Numbered from the stretch's first letter, positions 38,801 to 46,973 are shown. The stretch: 64,000 nt of DNA from an uncultured Alphaproteobacteria bacterium (GCA_944392255.1 CALXVY010000004.1:6766-70765), one strand, 5' to 3'. Program-made: numbers and translations. Notes: a model not told the origin generated them from the letters alone.

Positions 38801-39375
38801 CTTTTGTTAGCGTTTGTTTTTACTCCATTTTTATCTTTTTCGTATCCTTCGCAAATTCGTTTGTAAAAAAACTCACCAATTGTTTTAGAATTTGTTTCTT
38901 TTAAATGCTCGGACATCATATCGTAAGCTGATTTTTTAGCTTTGGATTTTTCACCTTCTTCTAAAATTTCTTCTTGTAACTCTTCAGAGGCAGTTACGAA
39001 TCCGGCACCACGGTGCTTGGCTATATGTAGGATGGCTCGTCCTATATAATTAGGGTTAGACAGCCTACCATTTAATGCGTCATTGCGAATCTTATAAGGA
39101 GATTTTGCACGTAAATGCCCTGTTCCTTCTGGGGTATTATTTACCCAAAGATGGTTTTCAAAAAGTTTTTGCGCTAATAATTCTAATCGTTGGCGGGTGC
39201 GGACCTGATTTTTGCGCATTGTTCGTTTGAGGCGACGTTCTTCAGCTCCTTCAGAAACATTAAAAATACGAACTCCGGCATCGATAATCTTTTGAGGATT
39301 GTTATAATCATCTAACTCAATAATTGCGCTACCGATGGAGCCAACACCCAAATCTAAACCCAAACGATACTTCAT
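35863..39375 (-). CDS. cas9: Cas9 (type II-C), ~1170 aa
   Basis: RuvC-I LGLDLGVGSIGSA, RuvC-II DINIELGRD, HNH EIEHIIPQAKGGTDTYNNLCLVNRNDNNAKGN and RuvC-III HHAMDAITVA. An AAGGAG RBS favours the Met at 39375 (the track opens at 39381). Confidence 0.95.
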   Translation of the reverse strand: MKYRLGLDLGVGSIGSAIIELDDYNNPQKIIDAGVRIFNVSEGAEERRLKRTMRKNQVRTRQRLELLAQKLFENHLWVNNTPEGTGHLRAKSPYKIRNDALNGRLSNPNYIGRAILHIAKHRGAGFVTASEELQEEILEEGEKSKAKKSAYDMMSEHLKETNSKTIGEFFYKRICEGYEKDKNGVKTNANKRIIRQKEHALKQHIVDYAIPRYLVKDEFNQIWDTQAQYFTQMQKEGLKKEIYNILFYERPPAPYATGKCIYFKDEDRLLKAHPLSELRRIYEEVNNIRVLSDTNKRKLTLEERDKIINELLLQGKNAGKSAIKKLLGLSAQQKISLLDDKNIKAYLYSRPEFSEIEYIQKLSDEELAKFVDFLANPINSNDKNGRLYSEDELINHLKPILKINDDKEIGKLLTKLPKGRGMLGESASKIILEKLKEQVITHREITDDLAKNDARFIASEEIARKTQGKCQELPYYGEILQADTQPLPPLMVKNNKNLNPDEIKWGKIANPSVHMILNQLRLVINDIIRIYGKPYDINIELGRDVGMSTKKKKQEEQKQKNNEKLNEEAKKYLKDHKLFINYQNILKYKLAKEQGWKDAYDPTVSIPRNFSGFEIEHIIPQAKGGTDTYNNLCLVNRNDNNAKGNDFAYDYFVSKGQKPEELIREILKNARERTPAKAWRFEADAREKFEDEGDVEETTRYLTDTRYVSKMAARYLRAIVDSPDSEEVIHNRILPVKGAQTAHMRRCWNLEGLEYDLMGLDIPRYVNCSPYWVEQDTGEVIEGIEQPNVDGKWRFFDKTKNKEWVSKPRIDHRHHAMDAITVACMNRSLIQHMANEIDLPHQHVPLPLTSIESVGEFRRQVIEVLSKVNVSHKPEHSKAGKLHKETGRTVLCINPDDSKFLITVYSRKILQVVKSMKDLNKLLIPDSIKDEWNEHIAKDKTKQAQLVKDFELYANTAEQILIAENEKAASEGKKEISITESRILTRAFYLIQEKKLWKGDKFRSYENNSSLVYIPKHGVAYEGRNNYCLEVYEQNEKINGEVIRLFDINQKDFVPQWQHDGGKIIWSVQQGDLLELNTPEEWKEYTDKQRCIAEIVKFRFGRNQLGIKLSNDARNGENANSKPKYMLPVLLEDKSLQWLCKYRVRKIELTPFGKIKKKHKVLSNGSTKAA

Positions 39376-39471
39376 AAACATCTCCTTGTCTTATTGTTGT
39401 GCAACCATGTATAAAACAACTTATAATACTGCTCTTGACTTTTCAATCAAAATATTCTTATATTATAATAA

Positions 39472-39574
39472 TATATGTTTTGATTTTTTCAGAGATTAAT
39501 TAGACGGTCAATACATATATAATAAGGCTTTATGCCGCAAAATGAGGGGGTGAGTGATTGCCCCCATTATTTTT
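39472..39574 (+). ncRNA. tracrRNA (5' end approximate)
   Basis: The 22-nt anti-repeat cagagattaattagacggtcaa (39490-39511) is perfectly complementary to repeat positions 8-29. It is followed by a nexus-like AAGGCUUUAUGCCG and a terminator ggggg-N10-ccccc plus U-tract (39546-39574). Candidate promoter TTGACT(39435)-18-TATATT(39459). Confidence 0.7.
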
Positions 39575-40679
39575 ATATGTTATCAAAAATAATCGGATAT
39601 TTCCGAAGGAATTTTTGGAAGAGCAGGGTTGCTTCTTTGTTATCTAAAGTTTTGGGAAGTTTGAGGGTAACGCTATCGGTATTAACTTGTTTGCCAGAAG
39701 TATCAATAATGCAATATTTGTTATTTACGGCAACAAAAGCTTGCCCATTATAAAATTGTCCGATCTTATCAAAAATTATCGGAATGATGATTTTTCCGGT
39801 ATTGTCCATATATCCCCAGTGATTATGTTGTGAAGTCGGTTTAAGCTCTTCTTGGTTGTTTGCTTCTGTAGAAATATTAATACTTTTATCGGGAAGACCT
39901 TTAACTCGGTATTTACCATCTTCATCTCTGAATATGACTTTTCCGTTGAGAGTTATATCTTCAACCGACTTATTGGCAAAATTGATTATTTCCTTGCCTT
40001 GATAGTCAATAATTGTCTGCCAAGAATAGGCTTTGCCTAAATATTCAAAACTCCTTTTTATGCACCAATATTTACCGTTAGACCAATAGTCCTCAATATT
40101 TTCCAGATTAAAATTATATTGGTTTTGTAAGTGTTTTATTCGACATTTTCTTAAATTTAACAGTTTGTTTTTGGCATAATCGGCAATATTTGAGTTATCG
40201 GTTGTTAAATTTACCCAATTTTCTACAGGTGTATTGCTTTTGATTATGGCATTGTAGAAGTCATCAAACAGCTTTTTATCGAATGTATGTTTCAGGCAAA
40301 ATTCTTCAAAACCATGCTGATTTACATATTCTTTCAAATCTTCCGGTACAAATGCGGCAAGATTATACATATAATTAAATAAGTCGTATTTCTTATATTT
40401 AAGTAGAACGGAGATATATTCAGGAGAGTGAGGCTTGTTTCTGGGTAAAAGTTTCAAAATTCGTGAAATAGCAGCTTTGGACAGCAGGTTACTTTCACGT
40501 TCTAATTTGTTTTTACCAAGAGTTATACGCATTGGCTTTGCAAGGGTAAATTTTATATAATAAAAAAAGGGTAAAGCAAATTCCAGACAACAACAGTAAT
40601 CGCCGTTTGCCTGTTTTTGACTGTAAACTTTTATCCATTTGTGAATATATAAATCCTTATATAAATGTTTTTTAGTCAT
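39573..40679 (-). CDS. WG-repeat-containing hypothetical protein
   Basis: The C-terminal segment HWGYMDNTGKIIIPIIFDKIGQFYNGQAFVAVNNKYCIIDTSGKQV matches the WG beta-repeat pattern. Confidence 0.5.
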   Translation of the reverse strand: MTKKHLYKDLYIHKWIKVYSQKQANGDYCCCLEFALPFFYYIKFTLAKPMRITLGKNKLERESNLLSKAAISRILKLLPRNKPHSPEYISVLLKYKKYDLFNYMYNLAAFVPEDLKEYVNQHGFEEFCLKHTFDKKLFDDFYNAIIKSNTPVENWVNLTTDNSNIADYAKNKLLNLRKCRIKHLQNQYNFNLENIEDYWSNGKYWCIKRSFEYLGKAYSWQTIIDYQGKEIINFANKSVEDITLNGKVIFRDEDGKYRVKGLPDKSINISTEANNQEELKPTSQHNHWGYMDNTGKIIIPIIFDKIGQFYNGQAFVAVNNKYCIIDTSGKQVNTDSVTLKLPKTLDNKEATLLFQKFLRKYPIIFDNI

Positions 40680-40744
40680 CGGTGCCTCTTAGGTTTATTA
40701 TTTAATATAGCAACACTCCACGACAAAATATGACGCATTTAAGT

Positions 40745-41359
40745 TCATATCATTTCAATTATTTTTTTATGAGCTTCGGTATTATACTCAATATATCGTT
40801 GTGTCGTAGCTAGGCTTGAGTGTCCGGCAAGTTGTCTGACGTCATTTATCGTTCCTCCGGCTTGGCTAATCATTTTTGCAGCTTGGGTAATAAAAGTTCT
40901 TCTGCCACTATGAGATGAGCATCCATCCATATTCAGCCCTTTATACAGTAAATAAAAGAAATTAACGATTGCCTGAGCAGACATTTTCTTATCTCTTTCG
41001 GTGGTGATAATATATGAAGATAGGTTTGTGTTTTCTTGTTTTAAGTCTGTTAGCAACTTTTTTAAGTCTTTATGTATTGGGATAATCCGACCGGAATATT
41101 TACCTTTAGAAGCGTTATTCGGTAAATTAATGCTGTCTGATATATAGCCTTCGCTATCACATACCATCGACCATGTGAGTTGGGATATTTCCTTGGCCCT
41201 TAAACCGGCTTTGAAGCTCAGTAAAAACATTATTTTGTTTCTGAGTGGATATCTGGTATTTTCCAAATAGGCTAAGACCATGGTTTGTTGTTTCGCGTTT
41301 AATATTTTTGCTTGTTTTCCTATACCCATAATGTTCTCCAAGTTATTATAATTACACAA
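40745..41359 (-). CDS. Short tyrosine recombinase (catalytic domain only)
   Basis: R (GLRAKEI), H-x-x-R (SHSGRRTF) and H...Y (LAGHSSLATTQRYIEY). At 204 aa it has no core-binding or arm domain. Confidence 0.8.
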   Translation of the reverse strand: MCNYNNLENIMGIGKQAKILNAKQQTMVLAYLENTRYPLRNKIMFLLSFKAGLRAKEISQLTWSMVCDSEGYISDSINLPNNASKGKYSGRIIPIHKDLKKLLTDLKQENTNLSSYIITTERDKKMSAQAIVNFFYLLYKGLNMDGCSSHSGRRTFITQAAKMISQAGGTINDVRQLAGHSSLATTQRYIEYNTEAHKKIIEMI

Positions 41360-41463
41360 TATTTTATATAAATAATAATGACTTTATTTTAACCATCAAC
41401 GGATTTGTTGTTAAAAGCCTTGAAAAATAAGGACTTATTATAAAATATAAAATTTCTAATAAG

Positions 41464-41793
41464 TCAGTATTCATCGGCAAGCATTATGGTTAACACTCGA
41501 TTGGTGCATTCCTCGTTTGCCGGATTGATGCTATAAAACAAGTACTCGGTATCATAATAATCAATTTTCCAAAAAATACGGTTTCCCTTAAAGTCAAATG
41601 CTCCGAAATCGTGTTCTCCATAAGGGTCATTGCTTTTATTAAAAGAATTAAAATTTTGCACCTGTTTAATAATGTTATTCACGTCGTCAGGCGGTAGTAG
41701 AGATATACCCTTGGTAATCATTACTTTGCCGCCTGATAAGCTCGTGCGAAAAGAATCGTTTAATTTTTGTATTTTGAGGTGTTCGTTATTCAT
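41464..41793 (-). CDS. DUF3768-family protein
   Basis: NDPYGEHDFGAFDFKGNRIFWKIDYYD matches my recollection of the DUF3768 signature common on plasmids and ICEs. Confidence 0.65.
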   Translation of the reverse strand: MNNEHLKIQKLNDSFRTSLSGGKVMITKGISLLPPDDVNNIIKQVQNFNSFNKSNDPYGEHDFGAFDFKGNRIFWKIDYYDTEYLFYSINPANEECTNRVLTIMLADEY

Positions 41794-41833
41794 TGTTTAC
41801 TCCATAAAAGAAAGGAGCCCGAAGGTTCCTTAG

Positions 41834-44005
41834 TTATTTAAATCCATTAAAATCTGTTTCTTGCTGAAATTCCCATGGATCTTCGGCTTCTGCCATTTTC
41901 TTTACTCTTTCGAGTTCATCAGGAATATAGCGTTCAAAGGTATCCAGAAAAGAAGAATATCCGTAATGGTTTACATTTTTGCCATATTCATTTTTCTGAA
42001 AAGTGCTTATTTTGTACTCTTTAAGCAGGAATGCCAGTTTATGTGGGGTTAATGGTTTTCCTTTACTGATTTCTGACCACGGCGAAGCCTCTATTGAGAC
42101 AAGCTCTTCAATGAGGTTAGCAGAAGAAACATCGCAGAAAGAATACTTTTGGAAGATATGTAAAATATCCTTCAATAGAATATTTTTAATGCTTTCGCTG
42201 TCTGTGGATGTATCGTGAGAGAGTTTAATTGCAGCTTTTACAACACGCTCTTTATCTCCCAGCAAGTCTGCAATAGATATCATTCCTTCCCAAACATCAC
42301 AGGCTCTGTCGTTCAAACCGGAGATATCTTCAATAATTTTTTCACCGGCAGGTGTCCCGATTTCTAACATTAATTTCCGGCATTTGCTTCTTATAAGGTC
42401 AAATTTATTCTTATAAACTCTTTCTCTTAATGGTAGGGTCTTTTCGTGGGCTAATTTACGGCGCATACCTATTTTTATACCTCTATCCATAATTGTATCA
42501 GGTAGGGTATTTATGGCTGCAATTGCCATCATTGCGAAAACTTTGTAGCTTTTGATGGCTTCAAAATTCTTACCTCCGCTTCTGGCAACCCCAAATTTAT
42601 TCTGAAAACCAACATTTATTACGTTTCTCATATCGTTATTGGAATTGAAGAAAGAATCTGCTTCATCCATTAAGACGGTTGGTTGCTCTTGCTCAATGAC
42701 TTTATATAAAACCGCCGGAGTACAGTTACCAACAGACCAAGCTCTGTAGCAAAGCATTTCAAGGAGCTGAAGTAGTGTCGTTTTACCACATCGTTTTTCG
42801 GGTGATATTATAAGTAAACGTGGGGCAAAGGTAAAAGCGTTTATATTATAGGTCTGTAATATCCAATATGCTATGGCAATGGCTTCTTCATCACGTAAGA
42901 TGACGTGTTGTTTAATAATTGATATTAATTCATTGACTAGTTCTAAACCGTTAACATTACCATTAAACGGAATGACTTCGGAAGTTAAAGTTTCTGCTTT
43001 TTCTTCTTTTGCAACTGTTGAGGCATTGTTTTTTGGTTGATATTGTCTTGCAGTATCAAATAAAGATGTAAAACGTTCTAAATCCCAATTTTCAGGGAAT
43101 TTATCTGCGATATCCCATCCTTCAGGAAAATCTGCTTCAGGATAATCAACAATAAACACCTCATTATTCAGGCTTAATTTCTGAGCAAGGTAGTTCATAG
43201 CCTTTTTTCCTGCAGAATCATTGTCAGCTAATAAATACACAGTTCGATTTTTAATCAAATCATGATTGAGCTTATATACTCCTTGGGCTCCACCATTCCA
43301 TGTCGTACACCAAAACCTATCGTTATACAGTTTTTTAGCGGCTTCACATGTCTTTTCACCTTCAACAATTAGAACAGGCAAACTTTCTTTATCGGTAAAT
43401 GCTTCTTGGTTATACAATATATTATTTGTAAGCAATTTTTTTATTATCCAACCTTGTTGTCCAGTGGTTTCATCTTTGACAAAACTCCGTGGCAAAACCT
43501 TTTTGCTTCCGTCAGTATTATCAATTCTATCAACCACATAAATAATTTTACCATTGGTATCCCTATACGCCCAAGAGGCGGTTGCCTTTGGATTTATTTG
43601 ATAATTGATATTTTTTTCGAGTGGGATAATTGTATATGCAGTAGTGTTAGTATATGGCAAAAAATCAATCATATTTGTGTTCCTCTGGTAATTTATTTTG
43701 TTTGCAATAAATTTTGCACTTTCGATAAGTGAAATATTATTAATGTAAGCATATAACGATATTAGCCCACATCCCTTATCTCCAGTAGCAAAATCATGCC
43801 ACTGAGCTGTATTCATATTGATTCTGAAGGAACCTTTATGTTTGTCTGCCCTAGTAGGATTGAGTGGGCAGTAATCGTTCTTACTCGTTATACCTCCAGG
43901 TAACCATTCCTGAAGGAAGCTTCTGATATTACTTTGCGCTAGCAAATTAATATCATTAAAGTTAAATGCTTGAGAATTATTCATTTTCTTCTCCTTGTCC
44001 TTCAC
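41834..44005 (-). CDS. Primase-like replication protein (zinc-ribbon + Toprim + DUF3631 P-loop domain)
   Basis: N-terminal RADKHKGSFRINMNTAQWHDFATGDKG, Toprim LIVEGEKTCEAA...LLADNDSAGKKA, and DUF3631-like PRLLIISPEKRCGKTTLLQLL...VLMDEADSFF. Confidence 0.75.
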   Translation of the reverse strand: MKDKEKKMNNSQAFNFNDINLLAQSNIRSFLQEWLPGGITSKNDYCPLNPTRADKHKGSFRINMNTAQWHDFATGDKGCGLISLYAYINNISLIESAKFIANKINYQRNTNMIDFLPYTNTTAYTIIPLEKNINYQINPKATASWAYRDTNGKIIYVVDRIDNTDGSKKVLPRSFVKDETTGQQGWIIKKLLTNNILYNQEAFTDKESLPVLIVEGEKTCEAAKKLYNDRFWCTTWNGGAQGVYKLNHDLIKNRTVYLLADNDSAGKKAMNYLAQKLSLNNEVFIVDYPEADFPEGWDIADKFPENWDLERFTSLFDTARQYQPKNNASTVAKEEKAETLTSEVIPFNGNVNGLELVNELISIIKQHVILRDEEAIAIAYWILQTYNINAFTFAPRLLIISPEKRCGKTTLLQLLEMLCYRAWSVGNCTPAVLYKVIEQEQPTVLMDEADSFFNSNNDMRNVINVGFQNKFGVARSGGKNFEAIKSYKVFAMMAIAAINTLPDTIMDRGIKIGMRRKLAHEKTLPLRERVYKNKFDLIRSKCRKLMLEIGTPAGEKIIEDISGLNDRACDVWEGMISIADLLGDKERVVKAAIKLSHDTSTDSESIKNILLKDILHIFQKYSFCDVSSANLIEELVSIEASPWSEISKGKPLTPHKLAFLLKEYKISTFQKNEYGKNVNHYGYSSFLDTFERYIPDELERVKKMAEAEDPWEFQQETDFNGFK

Positions 44006-44231
44006 GAAGTCTGGTTTCTAAAAACTCAATAACAGCCTCTGTTGGATATCCAACTTTTCTCTTACCAAAGGTGAATTTTCCCTTGATAATATTAGGATGT
44101 TTTGTTTCCAGATTTTTTATTGTTTGGGTACTTGAGATTAGTCCACAGCTAAATTCCACAAGTTGAGACCGCATAACAATGGGATTATCTCCCCAACGGT
44201 TTCGAATTTGTTTTATAATTTCGTTGAGCAT
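43977..44231 (-). CDS. Small AlpA/excisionase-like DNA-binding protein (tentative)
   Basis: 84 aa, overlapping the primase start. Its position between int and the primase is typical of AlpA/Xis. The sequence assignment is weak. Confidence 0.35.
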   Translation of the reverse strand: MLNEIIKQIRNRWGDNPIVMRSQLVEFSCGLISSTQTIKNLETKHPNIIKGKFTFGKRKVGYPTEAVIEFLETRLREGQGEENE

Positions 44232-44351
44232 GAAAACTCCTTTGTATGTAATTAATAACGTAAGTATTTACTGAGGACTTAGCAAAAATAGGATATATTT
44301 ATCCATTGGTTTTATATCCTATAAAAAAAGAATAAAAAAAATTTGCTTTTT

Positions 44352-45170
44352 TTATTCTTTTTTAAACGCAAATTCTAATAAATTTTTAATTTCAATTGGG
44401 CTTAAGAACCAATTAAGTGTTGGAATATAATTTTTACGGACTTTTGTATCTGTCTTACTTTTTTCGGAATTTAAATAATAAGGTATTCCTAATTCCTTAT
44501 ATATATCAGGGTATGAGATGTCTGATTTCTGATAATTCTTAATAAAAATAAAACAAAGTTGAAGGCATTTGTTATTTAAGCAACGCTTTATATCGTTTTC
44601 GTGAAAAGATTTATTTTTATGAAATTTTAAATGGTGAGTTTTAAAATAATCCATTATTTGAGCTATCATATCAGCTTTTGTTTCGTTTTGATAATTAAAT
44701 GTAAATGATACCTTATGATTCTCGAATAGTGCAGGTAATTTGTTTTTGAAACTAAGAGAGAATTCAGCTTCAAGCTCTTTTTTATATGTATTGTTTTGTG
44801 TATTTTGGCTTATATTATAAAAATTTCGGTAATTATATTTTAAGCTATTTACCAATACTTCTTTTATATCTGAATATTTACGAATACCAGGATTTTTCTC
44901 TAATTCTTCCTGAAATAAGCGCAGAACGTTTCTTTTATTTGTAAATGAAAAGTTGTTTAAGCAAAAAGCCTGTGCTAATGATTTTCTGTAAAATAAACAA
45001 TATTCAGGAAAGTTGCTGTTAATTAAAGAGTTTTTAAAATTAACTAAGGTTATAGGAGAAAAGATTTCTTTACAAACAAAAAGATGTGATAACAGAAGAG
45101 CTGCAATTGTTTGCGACGAGGCTTTTGATAATAAATCATATTTTTGTATATAACTTATATGGTTATTCAT
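44352..45170 (-). CDS. Hypothetical protein
   Basis: 272-aa ORF overlapping the integrase 3' end by 8 nt. No family recognised. Confidence 0.45.
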   Translation of the reverse strand: MNNHISYIQKYDLLSKASSQTIAALLLSHLFVCKEIFSPITLVNFKNSLINSNFPEYCLFYRKSLAQAFCLNNFSFTNKRNVLRLFQEELEKNPGIRKYSDIKEVLVNSLKYNYRNFYNISQNTQNNTYKKELEAEFSLSFKNKLPALFENHKVSFTFNYQNETKADMIAQIMDYFKTHHLKFHKNKSFHENDIKRCLNNKCLQLCFIFIKNYQKSDISYPDIYKELGIPYYLNSEKSKTDTKVRKNYIPTLNWFLSPIEIKNLLEFAFKKE

Positions 45171-46364
45171 CTTTTATTCTTTCTTCAAAGTTGTCGATTG
45201 CTTTTTTTAGAGTTTCAGGCGATAAATGAGCGTAACGCTGCGTCATGGCAAAGCTACTATGTCCCATTAATTGCTGAACTACATATAAATCAGTACCCAT
45301 TTGAGCTAACCAACTGGCATATGTATGCCGTAGTGTGTGAAAAACAACTTTTTGCCGAATATCTTTTACGCCTTCGTTTAACTTCAGAATATCGACAACA
45401 TGTGCAAAAGCATGAGATACTCCTTTTACTTTGTTGCCGTCTTTATTCAAAAAAAGTAATGAAGATTTTTTCTGATTAATGCTTTTATGCAATAGCATTT
45501 TGTATATATTATCCGGCATATAAATAATTCTTGTCTTTGTATTTTTGGTATCTCGCAGCGTAATAATTTTGTTTTGCAAATCAACATCACTCCAACACAG
45601 ATTAAAAATTTCACCAGCTCTCAAGCCGCAATATAATGACAATAAAGATATTTCATAAAGCTGTTGACTGTATTTTCTTAAAGCATCTAATAAAACTTTA
45701 GCTTCTTCTTTGGTTAAAAATCGAACTCGGCTATTATCAAATTTAATTTTTTTCATTTGATGGGTAATAATATCACCTTTCATATACCCTATTTTTTAGC
45801 ATAAGAAAGAATCTGAGATAAAATGCCGAATACATAATTAATTGTACGAGGTGATTTGTTTTGCTTTATCATTAAAGCTTTTAAATTTTCTAGATTCATT
45901 AAAGAAATATCTTTGATTGGCATATTTCCCAAATTTGGCTCTAACCAATTTTTATAAAACCCTGCTTCCGACTTAAATGTACGTTCCGAAGTGTTGTTAT
46001 ATGCAATATTTTTAAAATAGTTATTATAAAAATCATTAAGCAATATGTTCAATTTTTGATTTTCAGCTTCTTTTTGTGCTGATAATTCTTTTTCTTTAGC
46101 TGACCTTTCTCTTTGCTCTTTTAGAGTTGTGCTCCCAACTCCTGTTCGATAAGCTTCTCTTAACTCAGAACGTTTTAAGGCTGCTTTTTCTTCTGTCCAT
46201 CCTTCAGATGCCCAGCCAAGTCCTTCTTCTTTTAAAACATTATTTACTTTATATCTTATTGTAAAATAACGGTCTTTTTTAACAGCTCCATTTTTTCTTG
46301 TTGGATGTTCTCTGTACCTAACACCTGTCGTTTTGGTCTTTATCCATTTGTATCCCATTATCAA
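45163..46364 (-). pseudogene. int: Tyrosine integrase split by a single-base frameshift in a homopolymer tract
   Basis: 45789..46364 encodes the arm-binding and SAM-like core-binding domains. 45163..45783 encodes the catalytic domain (GLRAGEI, HTLRHTYASW, MGHSSFAMTQRYAHL). The frames differ by one base at the T6 tract 45792-45797. Confidence 0.75.
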
Positions 46365-46370
46365 TTACTA

Positions 46371-46388
46371 TCCCACTATAGTCCCACC
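46371..46388 (+). promoter_or_regulatory. Candidate integrase arm-type site (TCCCAC-N4-GTCCCAC)
   Basis: The 16-mer CCCACTATAGTCCCAC (46372-46387) matches 24987-25002 with one mismatch, in the same orientation. Confidence 0.4.
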
Positions 46389-46504
46389 ATTAAAAGCTAT
46401 CTTAAGTAATTTTAAATTACATTTTAATACCTTATTATATTTTCAAGCTATTATAAATCAACAATTTTATTATTTTTAATTATGATATAGTATATTTAAT
46501 AAAT

Positions 46505-46566
46505 CAGACTTAAAATCTGTTGGCCGCAAGGCCGTGCCGGTTCGATTCCGGCCTAGCGCACCATTT
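46505..46566 (+). repeat. attR: 62-bp direct repeat (displaced original 3' end of tRNA-Leu)
   Basis: Identical to 24852..24913. It lacks the tRNA 5' half. Confidence 0.9.
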
Positions 46567-46596
46567 ATTTTGCTTGAAAATCAAGCACTTAAATCA

Positions 46597-46634
46597 AGAG
46601 CCAAGGCTTTAATGCGAGGCTCTTTAATTTTTTT
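46597..46634 (+). terminator. Hairpin terminator after the displaced tRNA 3' end (probable native tRNA-Leu terminator)
   Basis: Stem agagcc (46597-46602) / ggctct (46618-46623) followed by ttaattttttt. Confidence 0.5.
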
Positions 46635-46700
46635 AAATCCTTCAAAAACAAGTACTTACATTTTTGCTTTACAATAAACAACTATGGGAGAGCAAAATGT

Positions 46701-46973
46701 CTGAAAACTGTATGGCAAATTAAAGTTAAAACCGGTAATAACGATGGCTTTGATTTTCACTCTTTTAGAAAAAATCTTAGTATTGCTTTGCAAGATAGCG
46801 GTGTCGGTGCGACTTATATTAACGATATCATTGGTTGGGAAGGCACAACAACCATGGAACAATCTTATTCCAACCATACACTTGCACAGATTAAAGCTGA
46901 AATGCATAAATTTAGCTATAATTTCCTTAAACCGCATTTTGCAAAATGGAAAACCATCATGGCAAAGAAGTAA
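46701..46973 (+). pseudogene. C-terminal remnant of another tyrosine integrase
   Basis: The in-frame translation reads ...WQIKVKTGNNDGFDFHSFRKNLSIALQDSGVGATYINDIIGWEGTTTMEQSYSNHTL. It has the HxxR box and the C-terminal catalytic Tyr region. There is no N-terminal two-thirds and no proper start. Confidence 0.6.

Larger units (their letters stand above)
24852..46566. mobile_element. tRNA-Leu-integrated genomic island (~21.7 kb) carrying CRISPR-Cas9, candidate defence cassettes and a primase/integrase backbone
   Basis: A perfect 62-bp direct repeat lies at both ends. Integrase, primase, AlpA-like and DUF3768 genes lie inside, and all cargo is accessory. Confidence 0.8.

Noticed and set aside
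39532-39753. 73-aa plus-strand ORF starting inside the tracrRNA region
   Set aside because: It overlaps the tracrRNA nexus and terminator and the 3' end of the convergent WG-repeat gene. It has no RBS and is better explained as non-coding.
46656-46937. 93-aa minus-strand ORF in the post-attR region
   Set aside because: It is antisense to the recognisable integrase C-terminal remnant and has no family resemblance. The plus-strand remnant explains the open frames here.
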